From Hormiphora californensis (lineage: Eukaryota > Animalia > Ctenophora), in NCBI GenBank assembly GCA_020137815.1, contig CM035350.1:7626001-7690000 (forward strand): a DNA stretch of 64,000 nt, read 5' to 3'. Numbering within the stretch: position 1 is the first letter of the stretch; each line of letters starts with the position of its first letter. The notes beneath the pieces were generated by a model. That model saw nothing but the letters and a program-made list of their open reading frames with translations, had not been told where the DNA came from and ran no database searches. Of this stretch, positions 39,349 to 52,331 are shown piece by piece. Both the position numbers and the translations under genes were made by a program.

Positions 39349-39905
39349 CATCATGCACTCTAAGTCTACTAGTACTCGTGCACTGCATGATCCCTCAACC
39401 CTCCCCTGGCCCTACCGGTCGACAGGTAACACAGTGTTACTAACACTGTCCCTTATAAAGGCTGATAGGAGGACCTCATGGCAGCTCAAATCATGGGAAG
39501 AGATGTGGCCGATTTTTTGGTACGCGCAAATACAACGCCGCGCAAATAGTTTGAATGAATTGCGCGTACTGTGCGTGCGGCGCGCGTTGTGTGGATCACT
39601 GGACGGAAAATAATAATAATAATAATGAGCATACTCGGAAATGTTCAGGTAGTGCACAGGTCGAGAACACAGGTAGTGCACAGTCACGCGCAAATCAAAA
39701 TCAGGTAAGTCACATTGATGAGCCGCGCGAGTTTGAAAAATAGATTAAAATGTCTGGAATCTGTTCATTTCATCGCAGACCTTCTCCACGACCGTGTCCA
39801 GACCTTGTGCTGACCTTGTGCTCGACCTCGTGCTCGACCTCGTGCTTGATCTCGTGCTTGACCAATGACCTCTCTCTGTCTCTCTCTGTCACTCTCTCTC
39901 TCTCT

Positions 39906-39948
<43 letters not shown>

Positions 39949-40000
39949 TCTCTCTGTCTCTCCCTCTGTCTCTCTCTGTCTCTGTCTCTGTCTCTCTGTC

Positions 40001-40077
<77 letters not shown>

Positions 40078-40612
40078 CCCCTCCCTCTCTATCTTTTGTA
40101 TGTCCCTGACCTCTGTTAGGCCGGTTGTCGATTGGGTTGGGTTGAGGTTTACCATATTAAATGTACCAGAACGCCCTATACCAAGTTAGGGCCTAACATT
40201 TACCGCTTACCGATGTGAAAGCCACCCTTTCCATTTAGGATGTTTGTAAAAATGAAAAAAACAGGATAAATTAGTAAAACTACAATCCCAGAAGCAGTTG
40301 GAGGTGTTTACTATCATGATGGAGGAGCTTGAGGATATTCACTAAAATTATAGCTTTGACTTTACTCATAACTCCAGGTAAGGTCCGCCGGCTACCTCCC
40401 CCTGGCCCCTCCCCTACTCCTGGACAGTGGACGTCATCTTTGAATCACCCATTTATGTCTAATTGGCTTTCTTTTCTTCATGAGTCCTCCCTGTGTCGAA
40501 CAGCTGGGAAGCAGAGCTGTCCCAACAAGGGCGCCACCCAACTACCATTTCTTTTCTTCGCTTCAATTACGTTTATCTATCTCTATTCTCTAGTCATGAA
40601 TTTGCGTTTTGC

Positions 40613-43170
40613 ATGGAGATGGAGAGATGGATATGAAGAGATAGAGAGATGGAGAGATGGAGAGATAGAGAGATAGAGAGATGGAGAGATGGAGAGATGG
40701 AGAGATGGAGAGATGGAGAGATGGAGAGATGGAGAGATGGAGAGATGGAGAGATGGAGAGATGGAGAGATGGAGAGATGGAGAGATGGAGAGATGGAGAG
40801 ATGGAGAGATGGAGAGATGGAGAGATGGAGAGATGGAGAGATGGAGAGATGAAGAGATGGAGAGATGGAGAGATGGAGAGATGGAGAGATGGAGAGATGG
40901 AGAGATGGAGATCGATGGAGATCGATGGAGATCGATGGAGATCGATGGAGATCGATGGAGATCGATGGAGATCGATGGAGATCGATGGAGATCGATGGAG
41001 ATCGATGGAGATCGATGGAGATCGATGGAGATCGATGGAGATCGATGGAGATCGATGGAGATCGATGGAGATCGATGGAGATCGATGGAGATCGATGGAG
41101 ATCGATGGAGATCGATGGAGATCGATGGAGATCGATGGAGATCGATGGAGATCGATGGAGATCGATGGAGATCGATGGAGATCGATGGAGATCGATGGAG
41201 ATCGATGGAGATCGATGGAGATCGATGGAGATCGATGGAGATCGATGGAGATCGATGGAGATCGATGGAGATCGATGGAGATCGATGGAGATCGATGGAG
41301 ATCGATGGAGATCGATGGAGATCGATGGAGATCGATGGAGATCGATGGAGATCGATGGAGATCGATGGAGATCGATGGAGATCGATGGAGATCGATGGAG
41401 ATCGATGGAGATCGATGGAGATCGATGGAGATCGATGGAGATCGATGGAGATCGATGGAGATCGATGGAGATCGATGGAGATCGATGGAGATCGATGGAG
41501 ATCGATGGAGATCGATGGAGATCGATGGAGATCGATGGAGATCGATGGAGATCGATGGAGATCGATGGAGATCGATGGAGATCGATGGAGATCGATGGAG
41601 ATCGATGGAGATCGATGGAGATCGATGGAGATCGATGGAGATCGATGGAGATCGATGGAGATCGATGGAGATCGATGGAGATCGATGGAGATCGATGGAG
41701 ATCGATGGAGATCGATGGAGATCGATGGAGATCGATGGAGATCGATGGAGATCGATGGAGATCGATGGAGATCGATGGAGATCGATGGAGATCGATGGAG
41801 ATCGATGGAGATCGATGGAGAGATGGAGAGATGGAGAAAATGAAAAAAAACAGGATAAATTAGTAAAACTACAATCCCAGAAGCAGTTGGAGGTGTTTAC
41901 TATCATGATGGAGGAGCTTGAGGATATTCACTAAAATTATAGCTTTGACTTTACTCATAACTCCAGGTAAGGTCCGCCGGCTACCTCCCCCTGGCCCCTC
42001 CCCTACTCCTGGACAGTGGACGTCATCTTTGAATCACCCATTTATGTCTAATTGGCTTTCTTTTCTTCATGAGTCCTCCCTGTGTCGAACAGCTGGGAAG
42101 CAGAGCTGTCCCAACAAGGGCGCCACCCAACTACCATTTCTTTTCTTCGCTTCAATTACGTTTATCTATCTCTATTCTCTAGTCATGAATTTGCGTTTTG
42201 CATGGAGATGGAGAGATGGATATGAAGAGATAGAGAGATGGAGAGATGGAGAGATAGAGAGATAGAGAGATAGAGAGATTGAAAGATTAAGGGATGGAGA
42301 GATAGAGAGATAGAGAGATGGAGAGATGGAGAGATGGAGAGATGGAGAGATGAAGAGATGGAGAGATGAAGAGATGGAGAGATGGAGAGATGGAGAGATG
42401 GAGAGATGGAGAGATGGAGAGATGGAGAGATGGAGAGATGGAGAGATGGAGAGATGGAGAGATGGAGAGATGGAGAGATGGAGAGATGGAGAGATGGAGA
42501 GATGGAGAGATGGAGAGATGGAGAGATGGAGAGATGGAGAGATGGAGAGATGGAGAGATGGAGAGATGGAGAGATGGAGAGATGGAGAGATGGAGAGATG
42601 GAGAGATGGAGAGATGGAGAGATGGAGAGATGGAGAGATGGAGAGATGGAGAGATGGAGAGATGGAGAGAGTCCTCCCTGTGTCGAACAGCTGGGAAGCA
42701 GAGCTGTCCCAACAAGGGCGCCACCCAACTACCATTTCTTTTCTTCGCTTCAATTACGTTTATCTGTCTCTAGTCATGAATGTGCGTTTTGCATGGAGAT
42801 GGAGAGATGGATATGAAGAGATAGAGAGATGGAGAGATGGAGATGGAGATGGACTATGGAGATGGAGAGATGGAGAGATGGAGAGATGGAGAGATGTGGA
42901 GAGATGGAGAGATGGAGAGATGGAGAGATGGAGAGATGTGGAGAGATGGAGAGATGGAGAGATGGAGAGATGGAGAGATGGAGAGATGGAGAGATGGAGA
43001 GATGGAGAGATGGAGAGATGGAGAGATGGAGATGGAGATGGAGATGGGGATGGAATATGGAGATGGAGATGGAGATGGAGATGGAGATGGAGATGGAGAT
43101 GGAGATGGAGATGGAGATGGAGATGGAGATGGAGATGGAGATGGAGATGGAGATGGAGATGGAGATGGAG
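40613..43170. repeat. Satellite block: (GGAGAGAT)n, 91 x (ATCGATGGAG) at 40911-41820 and (GGAGAT)n, with duplicated unique spacers
   Basis: Direct inspection. Confidence 0.95.
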
Positions 43171-44236
43171 ATTCTGGGTTTGGGAAGGGAGGGGGATGCG
43201 GAGGGGGGAGGGGTGTAGTAGTAGTGGATGTTTGTGTGGGGTGTCTGTGTGAAGGGTCAGCATGTGTGGGTCACCATGAACTGATTTGTAATCTCTAAAT
43301 TAGGCGATCTAATTTAGGCCCTACCCAGTACTCCACATCAGCGGAGAAAACCTTACTCTCGTTAATTAAGCTCTCATATTTCAAGAAACTTTTCAATAAG
43401 AAACTTTTTTCTAGGAAACTTCAAGTGTAAGCAATCCAAAAACAAAAAGAATTTCTTCTATATCAAGAAACTAAACAAGTTGGGGGTGTTCTATTTTGTT
43501 GTGGTGTCTCTGAATTGTGTGATTTACATTTGAAAAGTTTCTTATAAAAAAGTTTCTCACTAAAGCGTTTCTTAAAAATCGAGAGTAAGGTATATCTAAA
43601 AAGATGATGACAGTAGATAAATGTAGGATTTCCTAAAACCTGCTCCCAACCTCCGTACTGATATCTAATCTCTTCATTAGGCCCTACCTCTCCACGTCCC
43701 AACAACCGATAAAAAACTAAATAGATGTTGGATGTCCCTAAACCTGCTCCCATCCTTTGTACTGACTACTGATATATTCTCTCCTCATGCAGGGTCGAGA
43801 CAGTGATATCTATTTGTTTGGAATATGACCAGATAGTATATGGGATCGCCTCATAACAAGCACAAAGCTGACAAAAAGCCCAGGACCAGTACACGATATT
43901 TAAATTAACCCTGTGCGATAGAAATTGGTAAGTCTCGTTAAAGTCAGAGTAGACAGAAAAAGAATTGTACAAGCTTGATTGATGTAGTAGAGCAGAACTC
44001 TCCGAGTATTTTCACTTTTCCCGCTCTGAAAAGATACATTCCTCGCTCTATTATATTTGTTACCAGGGGGCTGGAACTCTATCTCGCTATGTTCTGTGGG
44101 CACTGGGCGTGTATGCCCGAACAGTGAACCTGCCCCGCCGTGTGTATAATAGAGAGCAATTTCACAGCGAGGAATGTATCATTGTATCTTTTGAGAGCGG
44201 GAAAAATGGAAAATACTCGGAAAGTTATATGCTCTA

Positions 44237-44387
44237 AAGTCGGATTTTTTGAAGTTGTCACCCCCCGTTTCGTGCGTGGAATGTTTTTGTGCGTCACATC
44301 ACATGTTAACGTGTGGTGTGTGCGTCAAAATTGATAAATTTCACATGCGCAGTCATTTTGGGGTGACAACTTCAAAAAATCCGACTC
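44237..44387. mobile_element. Small TA-flanked MITE nested in the large element (also at 50641-50791); ends related to the MITE at 2359
   Basis: AGTCGGATTTTTTGAAGTTGTCACCCC inverted repeat. Confidence 0.8.
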
Positions 44388-46294
44388 TACTACCTCAATC
44401 AAGCTTCTCCAATTCTGCTTCTGTCCACTCTCACTTCAATGCGTACGTCAGTATTCCCCACTGACCGGCTTCCTTCATTCATAGCTGTGACATGCATAAC
44501 TAGAACTGTGACGTGTGTATGTGTGTGTGTTTATAACTGTGTCAATACATTAATTGTCACTGAAAAGATAGTAATGTTGTTACTGTCCGAGTTATCTAGC
44601 TTATTCGGGTTTATAAATAAAAATATCAATATCCCCTATAACAAATGAAATTTTCATTTGTTATTGGGGATATTTCTTTGAAAAGGGAGCAAGTGTACGG
44701 GTGTGGTTGTACCATAGTTTTGTGTTAGGACTATCCACTATAACTGTGTTACTGTTATTGTAAACTGTTTTTTCCATTTCAGTAACTGAAGGAGCTGCTA
44801 GTGCAAAACTATATGTGGAGGACTACAAAATATATATATATATATATATATAGAGGACTACAAGTGCAAGTGCAGTACAGTGCAAGGGGATCGCTAGTGT
44901 CTAATGAAGCCGGCTTATCAATTATTGGCGTAATGACGTGGCTGCTCTGACTTACGATGACATTGGATCTGGTATTAATAAAGATTTGACTCTACAAAGA
45001 CCATAAAAAGGCCATGGACTCTATATTCTAAAATACTCGAAGCTTATAAGAAGAGTCATACGAAATACGGGCTGTGATTGTGGCTGTGATGAGCTGTCGA
45101 GGTGAGAGGACATGTAGATTTCATGGGTTTAAAGTAACTGTGAAAGTTGTGTTTTCTCCTTTTGGTCGGGATACGAACTGAATAGGGTTTTATTGTAGAA
45201 CAACGCTACGTTCTACAATATGATATCAAAATTAAAACCCGTCGAATACTCTAGTACTCATTTCATAAAGCTGGTCAGTGGTCCAGATCCGGCCGAAAGG
45301 AGAAAACACAGCTTCCTCGTTAATTATGCGGCTAATCAACAATTTTCTCTCAATAGCTGAGAAACTGATACTGATAGTTCCCATAATTTATGTGAAAAAT
45401 GCGGATCTGTGTGTTATATTTATAATTATCAATTGCCATGCTATTCATTATCATATTTTAAATTTTGTTACCTTGTTTATAAAACTAAAAGATGTTTATA
45501 ATTTGACTCCCTACACTGGCGAAAAAAGGAAGATGCTACTGGTTCAAAGTTTCAAACATTGTTTGGTAATGTCATGTCATGTTTTTGTTCATCAGCAAGC
45601 TGCCGTCTGCCCTGGTAAATTGACGCCAGGGCGCGAATGTTTGTCTGTTTGTCTGTGACTTGATGGGAGAAACGGCTGACGCGGAGATCAACTCTGTGGG
45701 AATTTCGCGCGAGATTTCACGGCGCGCACGTCGTATGAAAGGTCGAGCACGAGGTCGAGCACAAGGTCTGACCAGTCACGTGACCACTGCGCGTCGTTGA
45801 GCCGCAGCGCGAAAAAAAGTGCTGACATTGACCGGACCTTGTGCTCGACCTTGTGCTCGACCTTCATGTGCTCGACCTGAACATTTCCGAGTATGCTCAT
45901 AATAACTATGTTTATATTCCGCCCATATCCGACAGGGACAGAGCAGCGGAACTGCTACTGTCACTGAAGGATGATCTGAACGGTTAATATACTGGTAAGA
46001 CCTCGCAAACTTATCCCTAATAGAACAAAAAATAATAAAGAAAAAATACACCGGCTCACATTACTATCGGCTCACATAACTATCGAGGTGACTGAAAACA
46101 TAACAGACTGAGTTAGAGTCCTGGAACTCTAAAAATTGATGTAAAAGTCCGTAGATTAGAAACACAGAAAAACACTCGTGCTATGAAAAACCCCAATATA
46201 TGCTTCACACTTCTGCTCGCCACGAGCTATAATACAGAAAAACAATTAAAAACGGGTACCAGCCAGAGCACATACCTCAGCAAGAAGGAGAGTG

Positions 46295-47487
46295 TTAAGA
46301 GGACAGTCCAGTCTCACCAAAAGCCTCAGTGAAAAGACTAGTCTTGAGCTTAGACTTGAAAGATTCCACAGACTCAACAGCTCTCAGATCAAGGGGAAGC
46401 CCATTCCAGACTTCAGGCAGGTAAACCGACGGACGTCTTCTTCTCAACTTGGAAGTCGCATTGACACTTGATAGCTTAGGGTACTTCAGCTTGAGGCCAT
46501 CAGGCCAAGCATTTCCTCTAGTAGCCCGGATCACATGAAGTCCATCATCAACAGGGACCTGATCTTGCAGGTAGTCAGGGGCCAATCCATGTACAATCTT
46601 GTACGCCATGAGGCATGCTTTGAACGTAACTCGTTGTTCCACAGGAAGAACATGCAACTCTTTCAAGTATGGCATGTAGGTGTCTTGGTGACCGTATAGG
46701 CCATAAACAAATCTGACACACGAGTTCAAGACTCTCTGAAGGCTGTTGAGAAGCTTCTTAGGTAAGCCATGGTAAAGGACATTACAATAATCCAATCTTG
46801 AAATGATGAGCTGCTTAACAAGGAGTATCTTGGTCGATTTATCCAGACATCGGTTTACTTGCCATAGATTCTTCAAAAGCAAACCACATTGTTTCTTAAC
46901 ACTGTTGATTTGTCTCTCCATTGAGAGGTTGCTATCAAGGAACACTCCTAGTGTTTTTCCTGCATTACCCGTAAAGTCCACTGGGCTTATCTCCACTCCA
47001 CCAAAGTCCACAGTGGGCTGATACACCATCTTATCCAGGGCACTGTTTTTGCCTAACAGCAGGAATTCAGTCTTTGCCTCATTGCACTTTAGCCAGTGCT
47101 CACTCATCCACTCTTTCACACTTGACAAGCATTCCTCAGTCCTCTCCTTTGCCAGTTTCCAGTTTTCCTCATCAGTTGGTACAAAGCTGATGTACAATTG
47201 CGAGTCATCCGCATAAAGTTTAATCCTCAAGCCATAAGGTTTGACCAAATCTTGCAATTCCTCCACATACAGTAAAAACAACACAGGTCCAAGCAGTGAA
47301 CCCTGCGGAACTCCACAAATCAGAGAGACAATCCTCGAAAGTTCCCCTTCCACGTTTACCCGATAAGTCCTCATTTGTAGATAGTTGGCGAACCAATCCA
47401 AGACAGAACCCCTCACTCCAAACCGTCCTTCAAGAACTTCTAGCAGCTTTCCATGGTCCACTGTGTCAAAAGCGGCGCTCATATCTA
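46295..47487 (-). pseudogene. L2 ORF2 C-terminal part (RT core)
   Basis: LDMSAAFDTVDH, GVPQGSLLGP, YADDSQLY and SRLDYCN. Confidence 0.93.
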
Positions 47488-47489
47488 AT

Positions 47490-47751
47490 GAGCATACTCG
47501 GAAATGTTCAGGTAGTGCACAGGTCGAGAACACAGGTAGTGCACAGTCACGCGCAAATCAAAATCAGGTAAGTCACATTGATGAGCCGCGCGAGTTTGAA
47601 AAATAGATTAAAATGTCTGGAATCTGTTCATTTCATCGCAGACCTTCTCCACGACCGTGTCCAGACCTTGTGCTCGACCTCGTGCTCGACCTCGTGCTTG
47701 ATCTCGTGCTTGACCAATGACCTCTCTCTGTCTCTCTCTGTCACTCTCTCT

Positions 47752-47814
<63 letters not shown>

Positions 47815-47846
47815 CCTCCTTGTCTCTCCCTCTGTCTCTCTCTGTC

Positions 47847-47944
<98 letters not shown>

Positions 47945-50900
47945 TCTATCTTTTGTATGTCCCTGACCTCTGTTAGGCCGGTTGTCGATTGGGTTGGGTT
48001 GAGGTTTACTATATTAAATGTACCAGAACGCCCTATACCAAGTTAGGCCGGGCCTAACATTTACCGCTTACCTATGTGAAAGCCACCCTTTCCATTTAGG
48101 ATGTTTGTAAAAATGAAAAAAAACAGGATAAATTAGTAAAACTACAATCCCAGAAGCAGTTGGAGGTGTTTACTATCATGATGGAGGAGCTTGAGGATAT
48201 TCACTAAAATTATAGCTTTGACTTTACTCATAACTCCAGGTAAGGTCCACCGGCTACCTCCCCCTGGCCCCTCCCCTACTCCTGGACAGTGGACGTCATC
48301 TTTGAATCACCCATTTATGTCTAATTGGCTTTCTTTTCTTCATGAGTCCTCCCTGTGTCGAACAGCTGGGAAGCAGAGCTGTTCCAACAAGGGCGCCACC
48401 CAACTACCATTTCTTTTCTTCGCTTCAATTACGTTTATCTATCTCTAGTCATGAATGTGCGTTTTGCATGGAGATGGAGAGATGGATATGAAGAGATAGA
48501 GAGATAGAGAGATAGAGAGATAGAGAGATAGAGAGATAGAGAGATAGAGAGATAGAGAGATAGAGATAGAGAGATAGAGAGATAGAGAGATAGAGAGATA
48601 GAGAGATAGAGAGATAGAGAGATAGAGAGATAGAGAGATAGAGAGATAGAGAGATAGAGAGATAGAGAGATAGAGAGATAGAGAGATAGAGAGATAGAGA
48701 GATAGAGAGATAGAGAGATAGAGAGATAGAGAGATAGAGAGATAGAGAGATAGAGAGATAGAGAGATAGAGAGATAGAGAGATAGAGAGATAGAGAGATA
48801 GAGAGATAGAGAGATAGAGAGATAGAGAGATAGAGAGATAGAGAGATAGAGAGATAGAGAGATAGAGAGATAGAGAGATAGAGAGATAGAGAGATAGAGA
48901 GATAGAGAGATAGAGAGATAGAGAGATAGAGAGATAGAGAGATAGAGAGATAGAGAGATAGAGAGATAGAGAGATAGAGAGATAGAGAGATAGAGAGATT
49001 GAAAGATTAAGGGATGGAGAGATAGAGAGATAGAGAGATTGAGAGATTAAGGGATGGAGAGATGGAGAGATGGAGAGATGGAGAGAGTCCTCCCTGTGTC
49101 GAACAGCTGGGAAGCAGAGCTGTCCCAACAAGGGCGCCACCCAACTACCATTTCTTTTCTTCGCTTCAATTACGTTTATCTGTCTCTAGTCATGAATGTG
49201 CGTTTTGCATGGAGATGGAGAGATGGATATGAAGATGGACTATGGAGATGGAGAGATGGAGAGATGGAGAGATGGAGAGATGGAGAGATGGAGAGATGTG
49301 GAAAGATGGAGAGATGTGGAAAGATGGAGAGATGGAGAGATGGAGAGATGGAGAGATGTGGAGAGATGTGGAGAGATGGAGAGATGGAGAGATGTGGAGA
49401 GATGGAGAGATGGAGAGATGGAGAGATGGAGAGATGGAGAGATGGAGAGATGGAGAGATGGAGAGATGGAGAGATGGAGAGATGGAGAGATGGAGAGATG
49501 GAGAGATGGAGAGATGGAGAGATGGAGAGATGGAGAGATGGAGAGATGGAGAGATGGAGATGGAGATGGAGATTCTGGGTTTGGGAAGGGAGGGGGATGC
49601 GGAGGGGGGAGGGGTGTGGTAGTAGTGGATGTTTGTGTGGGGTGTCTGTGTGAAGGGTGAGCATGTGTGGGTCACCATGAACTGATTTGTAATCTCTAAA
49701 TTAGGCGATCTAATTTAGGCCCTACCCAGTACCCCACATCAGCGGAGAAAACCTTACTCTCGTTAATTAAGCTCTCATATTTCAAGAAACTTTTCAATAA
49801 GAAACTTTTTTCTAGGAAACTTCAAGTGTAAGCAATCCAAAAACAAAAAAAAATTTCTTCTATATCAAGAAACTAAACAAGTTGGGGGTGTTCTATTTTG
49901 TTGTGGTGTCTCTGAATTGTGTGATTTACATTTGAAAAGTTTCTCATAAAAAAGTTTCTCACTAAAGCGTTTCTTAAAAATCGAGAGTAAGGTATATCTA
50001 AAAAGATGATGACAGTAGATAAATGTAGGATTTCCTAAAACCTGCTCCCAACCTCCGTACTGATATCTAATCTCTTCATTAGGCCCTACCTCTCCACGTC
50101 CCAACAACCGATAAAAAAAACTAAATAGATGTTGGATGTCCCTAAACCTGCTCCCATCCTTTGTACTGACTACTGATATATTCTCTCCTCATGCAGGGTC
50201 GAGACAGTGATATCTATTTGTTTGGAATATGACCAGATAGTATATGGGATCGCCTCATAACAAGCACAAAGCTGACAAAAAGCCCAGGACCAGTACACGA
50301 TATTTAAATTAACCCTGTGCGATAGAAATTGGTAAGTCTCGTTAAAGTCAGAGTAGACAGAAAAAGAATTGGACAAGCTTGATTGATGTAGTAGAGCAGA
50401 ACTCTCCGAGTATTTTCACTTTTCCCGCTCTGAAAAGATACATTCCTCGCTCTATTATATTTGTTACCAGGGGGCTGGAACTCTATCTTGCTATGTTCTG
50501 TGGGCACTGGGCGTGTATGCCCGAACAGTGAACCTGCCCCGCCGTGTGTATAATAGAGAGCAATTTCACAGCGAGGAATGTATCATTGTATCTTTTGAGA
50601 GCGGGAAAAATGGAAAATACTCGGAAAGTTATATGCTCTAAAGTCGGATTTTTTGAAGTTGTCACCCCCCGTTTCGTGCGCGGAATGTTTTTGCGCGTCA
50701 CATCACATGTTAACGTGTGGTGTGCACGTCAAAATTGATAAATTTCACATGTGCGGTCATTTTGGGGTGACAACTTCAAAAAATCCGACTTTACTACCTC
50801 AATCAAGCTTCTCCAATTCTGCTTCTGTCCACTCTCACTTCAATGCGTACGTCAGTATTCCCCACTGACCGGCTTCCTTCATTCATAGCTGTGACATGCA

Positions 50901-52331
50901 TAACTAGAACTGTGACGTGTGTATGTGTGTGTGTTTATAACTGTGTCAATACATTAATTGTCACTGAAAAGATAGTAATGTTGTTACTGTCCGAGTTATC
51001 TAGCTTATTCGGGTTTATAAATAAAAATATCAATATCCCCTATAACAAATGAAATTTTCATTGGTTATTGGGGATATTTCTTTGAAAAGGGAGCAAGTGT
51101 ACGGGTGTGGTTGTAGTTTGTACCATAGTTTTGTGTTAGGACTATCCACTATAACTGTGTTACTGTTATTGTAAACTTAAATTGTAAATTCTTTTTTCCA
51201 TTTCAGTAACTGAAGGAGCTGCTAGTGCAAAACTATATGTGGAGGACTACAAAATATATAAATAGAGGACTACAAGTGCAAGTGCAGACTGCAGTACAGT
51301 GCAAGGGGATCGCTAGTGTCTAATGAAGCCGGCTTATCAATTATTGGCGTAATGACGTGGCTGCTCTGACTTACGATGACATTGGATCTGGTATTAATAA
51401 AGATTTGACTCTACAAAGACCATAAAAAGGCCATGGACTCTATATTCTAAAATACTCGAAGCTTATAAGAAGAGTCATACGACATACGGGCTGTGATTGT
51501 GGGTGTGATGACTGATGAGCTGTCGAGGTGAGAGGACATGTAGATTTCATGGGTGTAAAGTAACTGTGAAAGTTGTGTTTTCTCCTTTTGGTCGGGATAC
51601 GAACTGAATAGGGTTTTATTGTAGAACAACGCTACGTTCTACAATATGATATCAAAATTAAAACCCGTCGAATACTCTAGTACTCATTTCATAAAGCTGG
51701 TCAGTGGTCCAGATCCGGCCGGAAGGAGAAAACACAGCTTCCTCGTTAATTATGCGGCTAATCAACAATTTTCTCTCAATAGCTGAGAAACTGATACTGA
51801 TAGTTCCCATAATTTATATGAAAAATGCGGATCTGTGTGTTATATTTATAATTATCAATTGCCTGATTACCATGCTATTCATTATCATATTTTTAATTTT
51901 GTTACCTTATTTATAAAACTAAAAGATGTTTATAATTTGACTCCCTACACTGGCGAAAAAAGGAAGATGCTACTGGTTCAAAGTTTCAAACATTGTTTGG
52001 TAATGGCATGTCATGTTTTTGTTCATCAGCAAGCTGCCGTCTGCCCTGGTAAATTGACGCCAGGGCGCGAATGTTTGTCTGTTTGTCTGTGACTTGATGG
52101 GAGAAACGGCTGACGCGGAGATCAACTCTGTGGGAATTTCGCGCGAGATTTCACGGCGCGCACGTCGTATGAAAGGTCGAGCACAAGGTCTGACCAGTCA
52201 CGTGACCACTGCGCGTCGTTGAACCGCCGTTGAGCCGCAGCGCGAAAAAAAGTGCTGACATTGACCGGACCTTGTGCTCGACCTTGTGCTCGACCTTCAT
52301 GTGCTCGACCTGAACATTTCCGAGTATGCTC
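47490..52331. mobile_element. Large non-autonomous DNA transposon, copy 2, inserted in L2 ORF2
   Basis: Same TIRs; removing it plus one AT restores GLFLLDMSAAFD in frame. Confidence 0.92.
48470..49571. repeat. Satellite block: (AGAGAGAT)n and (GGAGAGAT)n
   Basis: Direct inspection. Confidence 0.95.

Larger units (their letters stand above)
39627..45898. mobile_element. Large non-autonomous DNA transposon, copy 1 (24-bp TIR, AT TSD; ISL2EU-like target)
   Basis: TIR GAGCATACTCGGAAATGTTCAGGT at both ends; subterminal GTGCTCGACC repeats; near-identical to 47490-52331. Confidence 0.9.

Noticed and set aside
40911-41820. CRISPR-like array
   Set aside because: A pure tandem decamer with no spacers and no cas genes, in a eukaryotic context.
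40590-43298. Long repetitive ORFs (SISIDLHRSP, MERWRDGE)
   Set aside because: They arise from stop-free satellite units in several frames and differ between the two sister copies; the same applies to 48445-49678.
47488-47533. N-terminus MFSTCALPEHFRVCS of the 412-aa RT ORF
   Set aside because: It is read from the inserted transposon TIR; the true upstream sequence is at 52332 and above.
39627-52331. LTR pair or simple assembly duplication
   Set aside because: Each copy has its own TIRs and AT TSD, they differ by SNPs and indels, and the sequence between them is a LINE RT segment continuous with sequence outside copy 2.
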